Assembly (NCBI GenBank): GCA_964551435.1
Contig: CAZKBS010000008.1
Span: forward strand, 4,995-68,994
Length of the DNA stretch: 64,000 bases
Reading direction: 5' to 3'
DNA from: an uncultured Micavibrio sp.
Lineage (GTDB): Bacteria > Pseudomonadota > Alphaproteobacteria > Micavibrionales > UBA2020
Numbering within the stretch: position 1 is the first letter of the stretch; each line of letters opens with the position of its first letter. The translations under genes were made by a program, and so were the position numbers. Shown here piece by piece: positions 29,436 through 39,615 of the stretch. The notes beneath the pieces were generated by a model that was given only the letters and a program-made list of their open reading frames with translations, ran no database searches and was not told where the DNA came from.

Positions 29436-30041
29436 TTACGGCGCGTATCTGTAATGTCCGGTGATTTTGTAGCTGAATAAAATATCTTCGACCTTCGTGC
29501 CGGCACCGATGTTGTGCACGACAAGCGGCCTTGTGCCGTCCGCCGTGCGCTGCGCGCTGATGATTCCGATATGCGGAATCATTTTTTGTGGCCCGGCCAG
29601 ATTCCATGTCACGATATCGCCGGGCAAATAATCCGAAGAACGCTCCGTCACAGGCAGGCTTTGGCCATGGCGCGTGAAAAAGACTTGCAGGTTCGGCACG
29701 CGGCGGTGGTCGATGTTGGGATCAGGGCGGCTGAGCCCCCATGTTTTCGGATACAATCCGAAATGCCGTTTCATATCCTCATGAACCCGCTGTTGCAAAT
29801 CAATGCCGAGCGCGCGGTAGGCGCGGATCACCACATCTGAACAAACGCCGGTTTCGCGCGGCACATCGCCATTCGGGTATGGTATGCGGCGGTAAGCGGG
29901 GTCGTAGCTTTTGGTATAGGCGGTTTGTTCTTCCGCCGCGGAGACAAGGCGCGCAGCGTCAAATCCCTCTGCGCGGGCAACCATGGGTGCAGCCGCCAGC
30001 AGCACACAGAACACCCACGCGGACAAAATCCGCCGCAGCAT
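29436..30041 (-). CDS. DUF1287 (YijF-like) secreted protein
   Basis: Signal peptide, YDPAY..IPYPNGDV, GVCSDVVIRA, NIDHRRVPNL, HIGI, VHNIG. Confidence 0.85.
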   Translation of the reverse strand: MLRRILSAWVFCVLLAAAPMVARAEGFDAARLVSAAEEQTAYTKSYDPAYRRIPYPNGDVPRETGVCSDVVIRAYRALGIDLQQRVHEDMKRHFGLYPKTWGLSRPDPNIDHRRVPNLQVFFTRHGQSLPVTERSSDYLPGDIVTWNLAGPQKMIPHIGIISAQRTADGTRPLVVHNIGAGTKVEDILFSYKITGHYRYAP

Positions 30042-31666
30042 CAGACCAGACGCGATTTTTCAACCGCCGCCTTGACGAAGGACGTGAACAGCGGATGCGG
30101 TTCAAACGGTTTGGATTTCAGTTCGGGGTGGAACTGCACGCCGACAAACCACGGATGATCTTTGATCTCCACGATTTCCGGCAGCTTGCCATCCGGCGAC
30201 ATGCCGGAGAAAACCAGCCCCGCGCCTTCCAGCTGCTGTTTGTAGGTCGTGTTGACTTCGTAGCGGTGGCGGTGGCGTTCGGAAATTTCCGTCGCGCCAT
30301 AAATCTCCGCGACGCGCGAACCCGCTGCCAGCTTGGCCTTGTACGCACCAAGACGCATGGTGCCGCCCATGTTGCCCGCTTCGTTGCGGCGTTCGACTTC
30401 GCCTTCTTTCATCCATTCGGTCATCAAACCGACGACCGGATTGCCGCATTTGCCGAATTCGGTGGAGCCGGCATCGTTCAGCCCCGCCAGATTGCGCGCG
30501 GTTTCGATGACCGCCATCTGCATGCCGAGGCAAATACCGAAATAAGGAATTTTACGTTCGCGCGCGAATTGTACAGCGCGGATTTTCCCTTCCGTCCCGC
30601 GCTCGCCAAAACCGCCGGGCACCAGAATGCCATGCACGTTTTCAAGCAGGTGCAGGTTGTCGTCTTTTTCAAAGACCTCTGCGTTCAGCCACGACAGATT
30701 AACTTTGACGTTATTGGCGAAGCCGCCATGCGTCAGCGCCTCCGACAACGATTTATAGCTGTCGAGCAGCGAGGTATATTTGCCGACAACGCCAATCGTG
30801 ACTTCGCCTTCGGGATGCTGGATTTTGTGCAAAATCTCCATCCATTTCGACAGGTCCGGCGCGGGTGCATCAAGGCCGAAGTATTTCAGCACCTGCTCGT
30901 CCAGTCCTTCGCCGTGATAGCTGACAGGCACCTGATAGATGCTGGGGACGTCAAGCGCGGGGATGACACGCTCCGGCAGGATGTTGCAGAACAGCGCGAT
31001 TTTGCGGCGCTCTTCCTTGGGGATTTCGCGGTCGGCGCGGATGAGCAAAATCGACGGCTGGATACCAACCGACAGCAGTTCCTTCACCGAGTGCTGGGTC
31101 GGTTTGGTTTTCAGCTCGCCCGCCGTCTTGATATACGGCATCAGCGTGACGTGGATGAACAGCGCATTCCTGAGCCCGACTTCGTTACCGAACTGGCGGA
31201 TGGCTTCGAGGAACGGCAGGCTTTCGATATCGCCCACGGTGCCGCCCACCTCGCACAGCACGAAATCGGCATCGCCGTTATCGCTCTGGATGAAATCTTT
31301 GATCTCGTTGGTGATATGCGGAATGACCTGCACCGTCCCGCCGAGGTAATCGCCGCGGCGTTCTTTGGTCAGCACGTTCCAGTAGATTTTGCCGGTGGTG
31401 ACGTTGTCGGTCTTGCGCGCGGCGACGCCGGTGAAGCGTTCGTAATGGCCAAGGTCAAGGTCGGTTTCCGCGCCGTCATCGGTGACATAGCATTCGCCAT
31501 GTTCATAGGGGCTCATGGTGCCCGGATCGACGTTGAGGTAAGGATCGAGTTTGCGCAAACGCACCTTGAACCCGCGCGCCTGAAGCACAGCCCCCAGCGC
31601 AGCAGAGGCCAAACCTTTTCCAAGGGAGGAGACGACCCCGCCCGTGATGAAGATATAGCGTGGCAT
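30041..31666 (-). CDS. pyrG: CTP synthase
   Basis: [39 protein letters not shown]. Confidence 0.98.
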   Translation of the reverse strand: MPRYIFITGGVVSSLGKGLASAALGAVLQARGFKVRLRKLDPYLNVDPGTMSPYEHGECYVTDDGAETDLDLGHYERFTGVAARKTDNVTTGKIYWNVLTKERRGDYLGGTVQVIPHITNEIKDFIQSDNGDADFVLCEVGGTVGDIESLPFLEAIRQFGNEVGLRNALFIHVTLMPYIKTAGELKTKPTQHSVKELLSVGIQPSILLIRADREIPKEERRKIALFCNILPERVIPALDVPSIYQVPVSYHGEGLDEQVLKYFGLDAPAPDLSKWMEILHKIQHPEGEVTIGVVGKYTSLLDSYKSLSEALTHGGFANNVKVNLSWLNAEVFEKDDNLHLLENVHGILVPGGFGERGTEGKIRAVQFARERKIPYFGICLGMQMAVIETARNLAGLNDAGSTEFGKCGNPVVGLMTEWMKEGEVERRNEAGNMGGTMRLGAYKAKLAAGSRVAEIYGATEISERHRHRYEVNTTYKQQLEGAGLVFSGMSPDGKLPEIVEIKDHPWFVGVQFHPELKSKPFEPHPLFTSFVKAAVEKSRLV

Positions 31667-31690
31667 CAATTCTCCCCCTGTTCGATGCTT

Positions 31691-32080
31691 TTACTGTCCG
31701 ATGGGCGCTTTCGGTGCGGGCGCGGTTTCCGGCGTGTCGGGTGCCGCGGCCTTTTCTTCCGGCTTTACGTCTGCCGGTGCGGCTTCGGTCTTTTCGCTCT
31801 TTTCGATAGGGGCAGGTTTTTTCGCGCCCATCTCGAGAATGCCTTCGGTCTTCGGGCTGCTGCTGGCGGTAATGGCCAGAAGCAAACTGGTGCAGAAAAA
31901 CAGACCCGCCAGAATGGTCGTCGTGCGCGTCAGCGCATCGGCCGTGCGGCGCGGCGCCATCAGGTTCGACATAGAACCCGAGTTGCCCATGAAACCGCCT
32001 GTTTCCGACGGTTGCAACAGCACAACGGCGATAATGCCAATCGCGACAATCAGGTGAATGACCAGCAGAACTTCTTGCAT
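31691..32080 (-). CDS. secG: Preprotein translocase subunit SecG
   Basis: Two TMs, VLLQ..GG, ALTRTT.ILA; upstream of pyrG. Confidence 0.9.
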   Translation of the reverse strand: MQEVLLVIHLIVAIGIIAVVLLQPSETGGFMGNSGSMSNLMAPRRTADALTRTTTILAGLFFCTSLLLAITASSSPKTEGILEMGAKKPAPIEKSEKTEAAPADVKPEEKAAAPDTPETAPAPKAPIGQ

Positions 32081-32232
32081 GGACGACAAAACTCCGGTTC
32101 AACAGTTATGGAAACGCAAGTCGCGTTTCCAGACATGGTTTTAAATCCCTTCCCGCCAAAAAGCCAGCGGTTTTTGAACGCTTTCAACAGCCTGAAAGGG
32201 CTTGCAAAAACGCACGCAGCGGCAGGGCGGGT

Positions 32233-34155
32233 TTATTCGATTTTCGCAGGGTCGTAAGTGGACTCGAGGATATTGTTATTCACCTTGACCTTGTACTTCG
32301 CCATCAGGCCCTTGCGGTACTGTTCGATAAGATCGCCCTGCAGCGCACGGCTGAGGCCCTGCTGCAGCAGCTTGGCCTCGCCCTCGGCGCTTTCCTTGGG
32401 CGTTTCGGTGCGGCGTTCGGCCACGCGCATGAACGACAGCGTATCTTCGCCGCGCACGGTGGTCGCCTGCCCCGTTTTTTCGATCGAGAACAGGGCCGGT
32501 ATCATCCCGCGGCCCAGCGGCGCCTTGGCGGCATCGCTGTCACGGCGCAGGAAATCGCTGCGGGTGAGCGACTTGCCAAAAGATTTCGCCACGGCATCAA
32601 AATTCTCGCCCATGTTGAGGCGTTCCATGACCTGCGCGGCTTTTTCATCCAGCAAGGCGTTTTTGCGGACGTCTTTCCAGTTTTGCACAACCTCGCGGCG
32701 CACGTCGGCGAAAGGCTTCGCCTCGGCTGGCGTCAGCTTGCTGACGGAAACGACAACAAAAGAACCGTCATCCGCCTCGATGAGGGAGCTGACCGCTCCT
32801 TCTTCCTTGAGCGCGAAGGCCGCTTCGATCACCTTCTCCGCCTTGGGCAGCGCATCCAGATCGGCCTTGCGGCCTGCGGCTGTAAAACCGCTGGCGTCGA
32901 CAGCCTCGATGGCAATCGGCTTCAGCTTGTATTCCTGCGCCAGCTGTTCCAGCGTCATTTCGTGACCGGCCAAGGCATCGTCGATGCGGTTGATGACTTC
33001 ATAAAGCGCATCCGCGCCTTTTTCGGCCTTCACGCGTTTGGCAATCTCGGCACGCAGGTCTTCGAATTTTTTCGACGTACCCGGCTTGGTGACTTTTACA
33101 ACACGCACGACGTGCCAGCCGAAATCGCTTTTGACAGGCTGGGAAATCGCGCCCGGCGCGGTGTCTTTGAACGCAGCAGCGGCGAGTTCTTCGGCGATGT
33201 CATCTTCGCTGTAGGTGCCGCCGACAACATTCGCCGTGACGCCTTTCAGCGCGGCAACGCCTTTTTTCAGGTCATTGCCCGCCGCCATCGCCGCTTCGCG
33301 GATTTTGTTTGCGGTGGCTTCGTCTTCAACGACCAGCTGTTCGATCTGGCGCTCTTCCGGCGTCGAATAATCGCGTTTGTGTTCTTCGAACCAGGCCTGC
33401 AGCTCTTCGTCCGTCACTTCCGGATTGACGCCCAGCGACGGGCCATCCAGCACAACGGCGCTGAGGGCGCGCAGTTCGGGCTGCATGTAGCGGCCCTTGG
33501 TCGCTTCGTAATGTTTTTGCAGGTCTTCGTCCGACGGTTCCGCCACCGTGCCGATTTCCTTGAGCGTCAGCGTGAAGTATTCCGCGCGGCGCGCTTCGTA
33601 GCGGAATTTCAGCGCGTCATCGACAAGGCGTTTGGGCGCATAGGCACCATAGGATACAGCCTTCAGAAGATTTTCGGCGGCAATCTGGCTGCGCACGCTG
33701 GCGAGCAGTTGCGCCTCGCTGAGGCCGGAGCTGCGCAGCAGGTATTGCAGCGCATCCTGCTCGCTCACGCCCTGCGACAGCAACGGCTGGATAAAGGCGC
33801 TATGCACGAACTGCGCGGCGGTGCGGTTATCGACCACCAGACCGGCATCACGCGCGGCGCGGCTGAAAATGCGCGCGTTGATTTCCTGATCCAGCATTTT
33901 TTGCGGCAGGCCGCTTGCGTAGGCATCCGCCTGCGAAATGCGCTGCTGCGAAATCGCGCTTTGCACCATGCGGTCGAATTCGGTCGTGGTCAGCTTTTCG
34001 CCGTCAATCGTTGCCAGCGTCGCCTTGGGCACGCCACGATTGAAAACACCCTGCACATCCATCAGCACAAGGCCGCCGCCGGCCAGCGCCAGCAGAAAAA
34101 GAAAAAAGCCTTTGATAAGGACCGATTGTCTGCCGGTTCGCATTGCACGCAACAT
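32233..34155 (-). CDS. ppiD: PpiD-like periplasmic chaperone / parvulin (SurA_N + rotamase)
   Basis: N-terminal TM, PEERQIEQL, PVKSDFGWHVVRV; CAGGAG RBS before ATG 34155. Confidence 0.85.
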   Translation of the reverse strand: MLRAMRTGRQSVLIKGFFLFLLALAGGGLVLMDVQGVFNRGVPKATLATIDGEKLTTTEFDRMVQSAISQQRISQADAYASGLPQKMLDQEINARIFSRAARDAGLVVDNRTAAQFVHSAFIQPLLSQGVSEQDALQYLLRSSGLSEAQLLASVRSQIAAENLLKAVSYGAYAPKRLVDDALKFRYEARRAEYFTLTLKEIGTVAEPSDEDLQKHYEATKGRYMQPELRALSAVVLDGPSLGVNPEVTDEELQAWFEEHKRDYSTPEERQIEQLVVEDEATANKIREAAMAAGNDLKKGVAALKGVTANVVGGTYSEDDIAEELAAAAFKDTAPGAISQPVKSDFGWHVVRVVKVTKPGTSKKFEDLRAEIAKRVKAEKGADALYEVINRIDDALAGHEMTLEQLAQEYKLKPIAIEAVDASGFTAAGRKADLDALPKAEKVIEAAFALKEEGAVSSLIEADDGSFVVVSVSKLTPAEAKPFADVRREVVQNWKDVRKNALLDEKAAQVMERLNMGENFDAVAKSFGKSLTRSDFLRRDSDAAKAPLGRGMIPALFSIEKTGQATTVRGEDTLSFMRVAERRTETPKESAEGEAKLLQQGLSRALQGDLIEQYRKGLMAKYKVKVNNNILESTYDPAKIE

Positions 34156-34257
34156 ACGCGGGTTCTCCTGTAAAATTCCTTGATAATCCACAGCTTTTTC
34201 GCCAAGATGTCAAGACACCAAACAGACAATTATTCAAAAAAATCAAAGGAGCCGCCG

Positions 34258-35016
34258 ATGTCCGCCACCAAGCTGATTGTGGGTAACTGGAAGATGAACG
34301 GTCTTCTGGCCGATAGCAAAGCCCGCGCGGAGCAACTGGGCAGCGCCGTCGCCGCCATCAAGGACAGCCCCTTTGAAATGGTATTATGTCCACCCGCCAC
34401 CGTGATCGGCACTGTTGCCGAGGTTCTGGCGGGCTGCGCCGTGCGCCACGGCGGGCAGGATTGTCATACCGAAAGCGCTGGCGCCTATACGGGCAATATT
34501 TCCGCCGCGATGCTCAAAGACCTCGGCTGCACCCACGTCATCGTCGGCCATTCGGAGCGCAGGCAGTACCACGCGGAAAGCAGCGCCCTCATCGCCGCCA
34601 AAGCGGCCGCCGCCCATGCCGCAGGGCTTGTCGCCATCATCTGCGTCGGTGAAACGGATGCGGAGCGCACGGCAGGACAGGCCGACAGCGTTGTCGCCGC
34701 ACAGCTGGCAGAATCCATTCCGCTGTCCGCGACATCTGAAAATACCGCGATTGCCTATGAACCCGTCTGGGCGATTGGCACGGGCAAAACGGCATCAGCC
34801 GATGATATTCGCCAGATGCACGCGCATATCCGTGCGAAAGTCAGCGACAAAATCACCGCCGGCGGCGCACAGGTGAAACTGCTGTATGGCGGTTCGGTCA
34901 AGGCCGCGAATGCCCGCGAAATCCTGCACCTGCCGCATGTCGATGGCGTACTGGTCGGCGGCGCCAGCCTTGTCGCCGACGATTTCATCGCGATCGCGAA
35001 GGCCAGCGCGGCTTAA
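34258..35016 (+). CDS. tpiA: Triosephosphate isomerase
   Basis: GNWKMNG, GHSERR, AYEPVWAIGTG, YGGSV, LVGGASL. Confidence 0.98.
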   Translation: MSATKLIVGNWKMNGLLADSKARAEQLGSAVAAIKDSPFEMVLCPPATVIGTVAEVLAGCAVRHGGQDCHTESAGAYTGNISAAMLKDLGCTHVIVGHSERRQYHAESSALIAAKAAAAHAAGLVAIICVGETDAERTAGQADSVVAAQLAESIPLSATSENTAIAYEPVWAIGTGKTASADDIRQMHAHIRAKVSDKITAGGAQVKLLYGGSVKAANAREILHLPHVDGVLVGGASLVADDFIAIAKASAA

Positions 35017-35032
35017 AAGCCCATTTAATTGA

Positions 35033-36052
35033 TTATTCGTTCAGCCCCGCCGGAACAACGGCAGCGGGCGCAGGCGCTGCGGCGCTATAGGCCTTTGCAG
35101 CGGCGTGGCGTTTTTTGATCATCTCGCTGAGGGGTATCAGCTCGATATTTTTTGCCGCCAGCGTCGGCAGCCAGCTTTGCAGCGCATCCAGCGTCACATC
35201 TTTCGGATGACCAATCGCCACCGCATAACCGCCGATGCGCGCAATGCGTTCGGTTTTTTCAAGCGCAGCCATGACCTGATCTGTGGTTTCGTAATGGTCG
35301 AGGAACACATCGCGGTGCGTGGTCGGGATGCCTTTAGACATCGCCATATCTTCGGCCACGCTGTCGGGCGCGGTTTTTGAATCAAGAAAATAAACGCCGC
35401 GCTTTTTCAAATCCCGCATCAAAACCGCAAGGCCGGGCGCGTGTTTTGTGAACGCGCTGCCCATGTGGTTGTTAACGCCTTTATAACCGCTGAAAGCATC
35501 CAGATTGCGCGCGATGCGTTTTTCCAGCTCCTCCGCAGAATGGCCGACGCCCAGAAAATCAGGCCCCGGATTAGCGGTCATGCGCGACGGCTCCATGGGC
35601 AGATGCACCATCAGCTCATGCCCCTTTTGCTGTGCGAGCGCCGCCTGCGCGGCGACATTGTTGGCATAGGGCAAAAATGCCAGCGTGACGCCCGCAGGCA
35701 AATCAATCGCACGGGCGGACCGTTTATGGTCGATACCCACATCATCAATCACAATCGAAATGAACACTTTGCGCTGCGGCGCCATCATGCCGGGACCGAA
35801 GGGACCGGACGCATCGGGCGGCGTTGCCATGACGGTCTGCACGCCGCTGTCAATCGCGCCCGCCGCATCCGCCGCTTCGCGGCAGGTGGTTTCATGGTCC
35901 GCAGGCGCGGTGTCTTTCCAATAGATATCATCCTGTTTGAACGCGGCCAGCAAATCGGTGTTTGTCTCGCCATCAAACGCGCGCGCCTGCGGCGCAGCCA
36001 GCATGACCGCCGCCAGCATCAGGCCTGCGAATAGTCCATTCAAAAAACGCAC
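35033..36052 (-). CDS. Divergent polysaccharide deacetylase (YibQ family)
   Basis: Signal peptide, IVIDDVG, HLPMEP, GVNNHMGS, FLDS, RDVFLD, AIGHP. Confidence 0.9.
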   Translation of the reverse strand: MRFLNGLFAGLMLAAVMLAAPQARAFDGETNTDLLAAFKQDDIYWKDTAPADHETTCREAADAAGAIDSGVQTVMATPPDASGPFGPGMMAPQRKVFISIVIDDVGIDHKRSARAIDLPAGVTLAFLPYANNVAAQAALAQQKGHELMVHLPMEPSRMTANPGPDFLGVGHSAEELEKRIARNLDAFSGYKGVNNHMGSAFTKHAPGLAVLMRDLKKRGVYFLDSKTAPDSVAEDMAMSKGIPTTHRDVFLDHYETTDQVMAALEKTERIARIGGYAVAIGHPKDVTLDALQSWLPTLAAKNIELIPLSEMIKKRHAAAKAYSAAAPAPAAVVPAGLNE

Positions 36053-36135
36053 GTCGAAACCCCGTATCTAACCCCAGTTCTTCGCGGCCATCATGACGGT
36101 TTTGCACGGCCTGGGAAAGACTTGTTTAAACCCGC

Positions 36136-36175
36136 TTGACACGAAAGAGGAATAAAGGTAGAACAAAATAAGAAT
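36136..36175 (+). promoter_or_regulatory. lexA promoter with overlapping alphaproteobacterial SOS boxes
   Basis: TTGACA(36136)-N17-TAGAAC; GAAT-N7-GAAC-N7-GAAT at 36150-36175 resembles the GAAC-N7-GAAC LexA repeat. Confidence 0.75.
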
Positions 36176-36200
36176 ACCCCGCTTAAGGAGCGCAAAGAGC

Positions 36201-36941
36201 ATGCTGACCCAGAAACAACGCGATCTTTTGATGTTCATTCACGACTACACGTCCCGCACGGGACTGTCGCCGTCGTTCGAGGAAATGAAAGAAGGTCTGG
36301 ATCTCAAATCCAAATCGGGCATTCACCGCCTGATCAACGCGCTGGTCGAACGCGGGTTTCTGGAGCGTTTGCCGAACAAGGCGCGCGCACTCGAAGTCAA
36401 AAAACTGCCGGAAAACGCGGCGGGCAAGCTGAATGTCCCCGCCTCCGGCGTACGCTCGGTATCAAGCCCTGCGACCGTCGCCGCCATTAAAAACCCCAAG
36501 GCCGGCGTGAAGCCGAATTTCAAGCAGTCCATGCCCGCCATGCCCGCCGCGAACAGCGATATGGCGGAGGTGCCGCTCTACGGCAAAATCGCCGCCGGCA
36601 GCCCTATCGAGGCACTGCGCCATGAAACCGACATGATCGGCGTGCCGTTCCACATGATGGGCAATACGCCCTGCTACGCCCTCACCATCGAGGGGGATTC
36701 CATGAGCAAGGCCGGCATCATGGACGGCGATATCGTGATTATCGAAGAATGCGACCGCGCCAATGACGGCGACATTGTGGTGGCGCTGGTGGACGAAGAA
36801 GAAGTCACCCTCAAACGTCTGCGCCGCGAGGTCGGCTCGGTCGTTCTGATGCCGGAAAACGACGCCTATCAACCCATCCGTCTGCCGCCCCACCGCGTGC
36901 GGATTCAGGGGCGTCTGCGCAGCCTTTTGCGGACGTATTAA
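36201..36941 (+). CDS. lexA: SOS repressor LexA
   Basis: MLTQKQ..LL, SPSFEEMK..L.LKSKSGIHRL, IAAG cleavage site, GDSM, VTLKR. Confidence 0.97.
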   Translation: MLTQKQRDLLMFIHDYTSRTGLSPSFEEMKEGLDLKSKSGIHRLINALVERGFLERLPNKARALEVKKLPENAAGKLNVPASGVRSVSSPATVAAIKNPKAGVKPNFKQSMPAMPAANSDMAEVPLYGKIAAGSPIEALRHETDMIGVPFHMMGNTPCYALTIEGDSMSKAGIMDGDIVIIEECDRANDGDIVVALVDEEEVTLKRLRREVGSVVLMPENDAYQPIRLPPHRVRIQGRLRSLLRTY

Positions 36942-36991
36942 CCCCGTCCGCAGCCTGCGCGGCAGCGAAAATCCGTTTTTTTCAAAAAGTT

Positions 36992-37013
36992 ATAAAGTAA
37001 CACTTTACTTTAT
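36992..37013. promoter_or_regulatory. Perfect palindromic operator-like site upstream of the DUF2061-like gene
   Basis: ATAAAGTAA-CACT-TTACTTTAT. Confidence 0.6.
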
Positions 37014-37058
37014 GCCGCGATGCGATATATCTTTCCGTAATCAAAGGAAAGAATAATC

Positions 37059-37394
37059 ATGCTTCTTGCAAAAACGGCTACTTACGGGGTTCTTCATATT
37101 GCTGTCGCCTTTCTGGTCGGCTGGACGGTCAGCGGCGATATACATATCGGCCTTGGGGTTGCCATGCTGGAGCCGCTGGCGCAAATCGGCGGTTTTTATT
37201 TCCACGAAAAAATCTGGCAAAAATATCAGGCGCGCAAGGCGCTTGAAAAAGGCCTGAGCGCCGACGAAGCCCACAAGCAATGGCATGTCAAAATGCCCTG
37301 CTGCGAAGCCACGCATGAAATGCTGAAACAGGCGCAGGTCATCAAGACCAAACTGCAAAACAAAACAGCGGATAGCCAGCAGCGCGCCGCCTGA
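37059..37394 (+). CDS. DUF2061-like small membrane protein
   Basis: KTATYGVLHIAVAF.V.W..SG, EP..Q...FYFHEKIW; AAGGA RBS. Confidence 0.8.
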   Translation: MLLAKTATYGVLHIAVAFLVGWTVSGDIHIGLGVAMLEPLAQIGGFYFHEKIWQKYQARKALEKGLSADEAHKQWHVKMPCCEATHEMLKQAQVIKTKLQNKTADSQQRAA

Positions 37395-37407
37395 CGGGTT
37401 TTTCCTT

Positions 37408-39546
37408 TTAATCTTTTTTATCTTTCGGCTTCGCGCCCGCCGTCCACGGGCGCTGGCCGCGCTCATCCTTGACGCTGCGGATATCGGGCGGCTTGCCCGC
37501 TGTCAGGTAAATCGCATGCGCGCCATCGCTGCGCAATGTCCAGCGGTCGATGACCGCAACCTTGCGCTTGCAAGCGGGCGGTAATTTAATAGCCGATTTT
37601 GAAATCATCACCGCTGCCGAAGCGCATTCTTCGGCGGCCGCTTCGGGTTTGCGGATAAACGATATGATATGCCCCTTCAGATTGGCGCGGCAGGCGGCAT
37701 CATCGCAGGACAGAAAATCCCCCGCACCGCCCGGTAACTGGCGTTCCGGCCAGACTCGTGGCGATGCCTCCCGGGCACGGGAAAGCCCGAAACGCCCTTC
37801 GCGCACCAGCCACTGCTCGCGCACGAATTTTTCCTTGGATAGCGTCGAAAACCATATTTTTCCATCCGGCGCACGCAGGGCGAAAAGATCCCCGCTGGCG
37901 GCCATCAAAATATCCGCCCGCGGCGTCAGGGCGGCCATCAGGGCGGCGACGGCCATCGGCGCCAGTCCTGCCCAGCGTATCCAGCCGCGCCACCCGCAGA
38001 CCCAGATGCCGCCGATGGTAAAAAGCCCCAGCCAAAGCGCATCAAAACTGCCGCCCTGCCAGCCCGCATATTCCCACCCCGCAACCAGTTCGGCGACATA
38101 CATGAAAACGTCGATGCTTTTTTCGGTCAGCAACAGCGGATATTTTTCAAGTCCGAAAGGCATCAGCAAACATGACAAAAGCCCGACCGGAAAGGTCACA
38201 AACGATGATACCGGCACCGCCACCATGTTTGCCGCCAGCCCGCCGATAAACGGGACGCGCCCGAAATGATACAGCGCGAAAGGCGCCGTCGCCGCACTGG
38301 CCACCAGCGAGGTTGAAAAACAGCCCAGCAGATAAAGCCCATATCGCACCGACCAATCCGCATCGCGGAAATGTTTTTTCCACCAAGGCGCGGTGCTTTC
38401 ATAAAAAGCAATCAGGGCGACGACGGCAGCGAAAGACATCTGGAAGCTCGGCCCCATCAGGCTTTCCGGCGCCAGAACAAACAAAAGCAGCGCCGCAAAT
38501 GCCGCCAGCCGCAACGTGAACGGGTCGCGGTCTATCATAATCGCCGTCATCACCACGCAGGTCATGATGACCGCGCGCTGTGCCGGAATGGGCGATCCTA
38601 TCAGCAGCATGTAAAAAATAGATACGGCCATGGCAACCGCCGCCGCGATTTTTTTAATCGGCCAGCGCAGCGCCGTATAGGGAATGGCCGCCAGAAGCGC
38701 GCGCACGAAAAAAAACGGAAACCCCGCAATCAACACGAAATGCGATCCCGAAATCGCAATCAGATGCGCGATGCCGGAATCCCGCGCCACCTGCCAGTCT
38801 TGTTCGGATATTCCCCTGTCCTCGCCAATCATAAAGGCGGTAATCATGGCGGCACGGTCGCGGTCTTCAATGGCGGCGAAGATTTTTTCGCGGATATGCC
38901 GGCGCAGTTTTTCAAAGAAAAATTCACCGCCCTGCCGCGGCGTCACAACCTCAAGATTGCCGAGGGCATATCCCGTACCGCCCAGCCCCTGAAAAAAGGC
39001 ATGGCGCTGAAAATCGAACGCCCCCGGCATGACGGGCGCCGAGAGCGGCAGCAGTGATGCACGTACCTCCACCACATCACCCGCCTGCGGCACGGCGGGG
39101 TCGTTGTTTTTAAGCCGGATGCGCACGCGCGCGGGCAGACTGTCCTGAAACAGCGTGCCTTTCACAACTGTAAAATCCTCCAGCACGATCCGGAAGTTTT
39201 TGGGCTGCGGCTGCACCTCCACCACCTTGCCGCGCAGGGTGATGGTATAGCTGCGCTTTTCAATCACAGGCGCTGCGACGTTATGCGTACGCCACTGCGC
39301 CGCCGCAAAACCGCCCACCGCCAGCAGCAGCGCCAGAAAGGGAATAAAAACCGCCTGATTCCGGTAAAATGCCCGCAAGAGCGGCAGCATAAACAAGGCA
39401 ACCAGACTGCCGAGCAGCAGCGGCGGCTCCCCGTGCAGGGCGAAATATGCCGCAATCCCAAGGGCCATGGGCACAGGCAGCCAGAAAATCCAGCGTTCCC
39501 GCTGGTTTTGCATCTCCTGCCAAAATGCGCCTAAATATCTTGCCAT
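37408..39546 (-). CDS. comEC: ComEC/Rec2 competence protein (no MBL domain)
   Basis: PGAFDFQR, SGIAHLIAISGSH, SFQMSFAAV; between lexA and gltX; start uncertain. Confidence 0.92.
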   Translation of the reverse strand: MARYLGAFWQEMQNQRERWIFWLPVPMALGIAAYFALHGEPPLLLGSLVALFMLPLLRAFYRNQAVFIPFLALLLAVGGFAAAQWRTHNVAAPVIEKRSYTITLRGKVVEVQPQPKNFRIVLEDFTVVKGTLFQDSLPARVRIRLKNNDPAVPQAGDVVEVRASLLPLSAPVMPGAFDFQRHAFFQGLGGTGYALGNLEVVTPRQGGEFFFEKLRRHIREKIFAAIEDRDRAAMITAFMIGEDRGISEQDWQVARDSGIAHLIAISGSHFVLIAGFPFFFVRALLAAIPYTALRWPIKKIAAAVAMAVSIFYMLLIGSPIPAQRAVIMTCVVMTAIMIDRDPFTLRLAAFAALLLFVLAPESLMGPSFQMSFAAVVALIAFYESTAPWWKKHFRDADWSVRYGLYLLGCFSTSLVASAATAPFALYHFGRVPFIGGLAANMVAVPVSSFVTFPVGLLSCLLMPFGLEKYPLLLTEKSIDVFMYVAELVAGWEYAGWQGGSFDALWLGLFTIGGIWVCGWRGWIRWAGLAPMAVAALMAALTPRADILMAASGDLFALRAPDGKIWFSTLSKEKFVREQWLVREGRFGLSRAREASPRVWPERQLPGGAGDFLSCDDAACRANLKGHIISFIRKPEAAAEECASAAVMISKSAIKLPPACKRKVAVIDRWTLRSDGAHAIYLTAGKPPDIRSVKDERGQRPWTAGAKPKDKKD

Positions 39547-39615
39547 AGCGGGAAACGATACGTTAAATTGCCACAAAAAACAGCCCCCAAATTCCAAGGT
39601 TTCAGAGACTTAATC

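Noticed and set aside
31691-31830. SecG Pro/Ala/Lys tail (also patatin, YibQ-like and 53786 tails) as members of the tail family
   Set aside because: They lack the S-[LF]-x4-5-L-x3-F anchor or have Sec/TM targeting. They show Pro-rich ends alone are common here, so only the anchored motif counts.
36201-36941. Prophage CI-like repressor
   Set aside because: Canonical alpha LexA with its own SOS box and comEC-gltX context; no phage genes.
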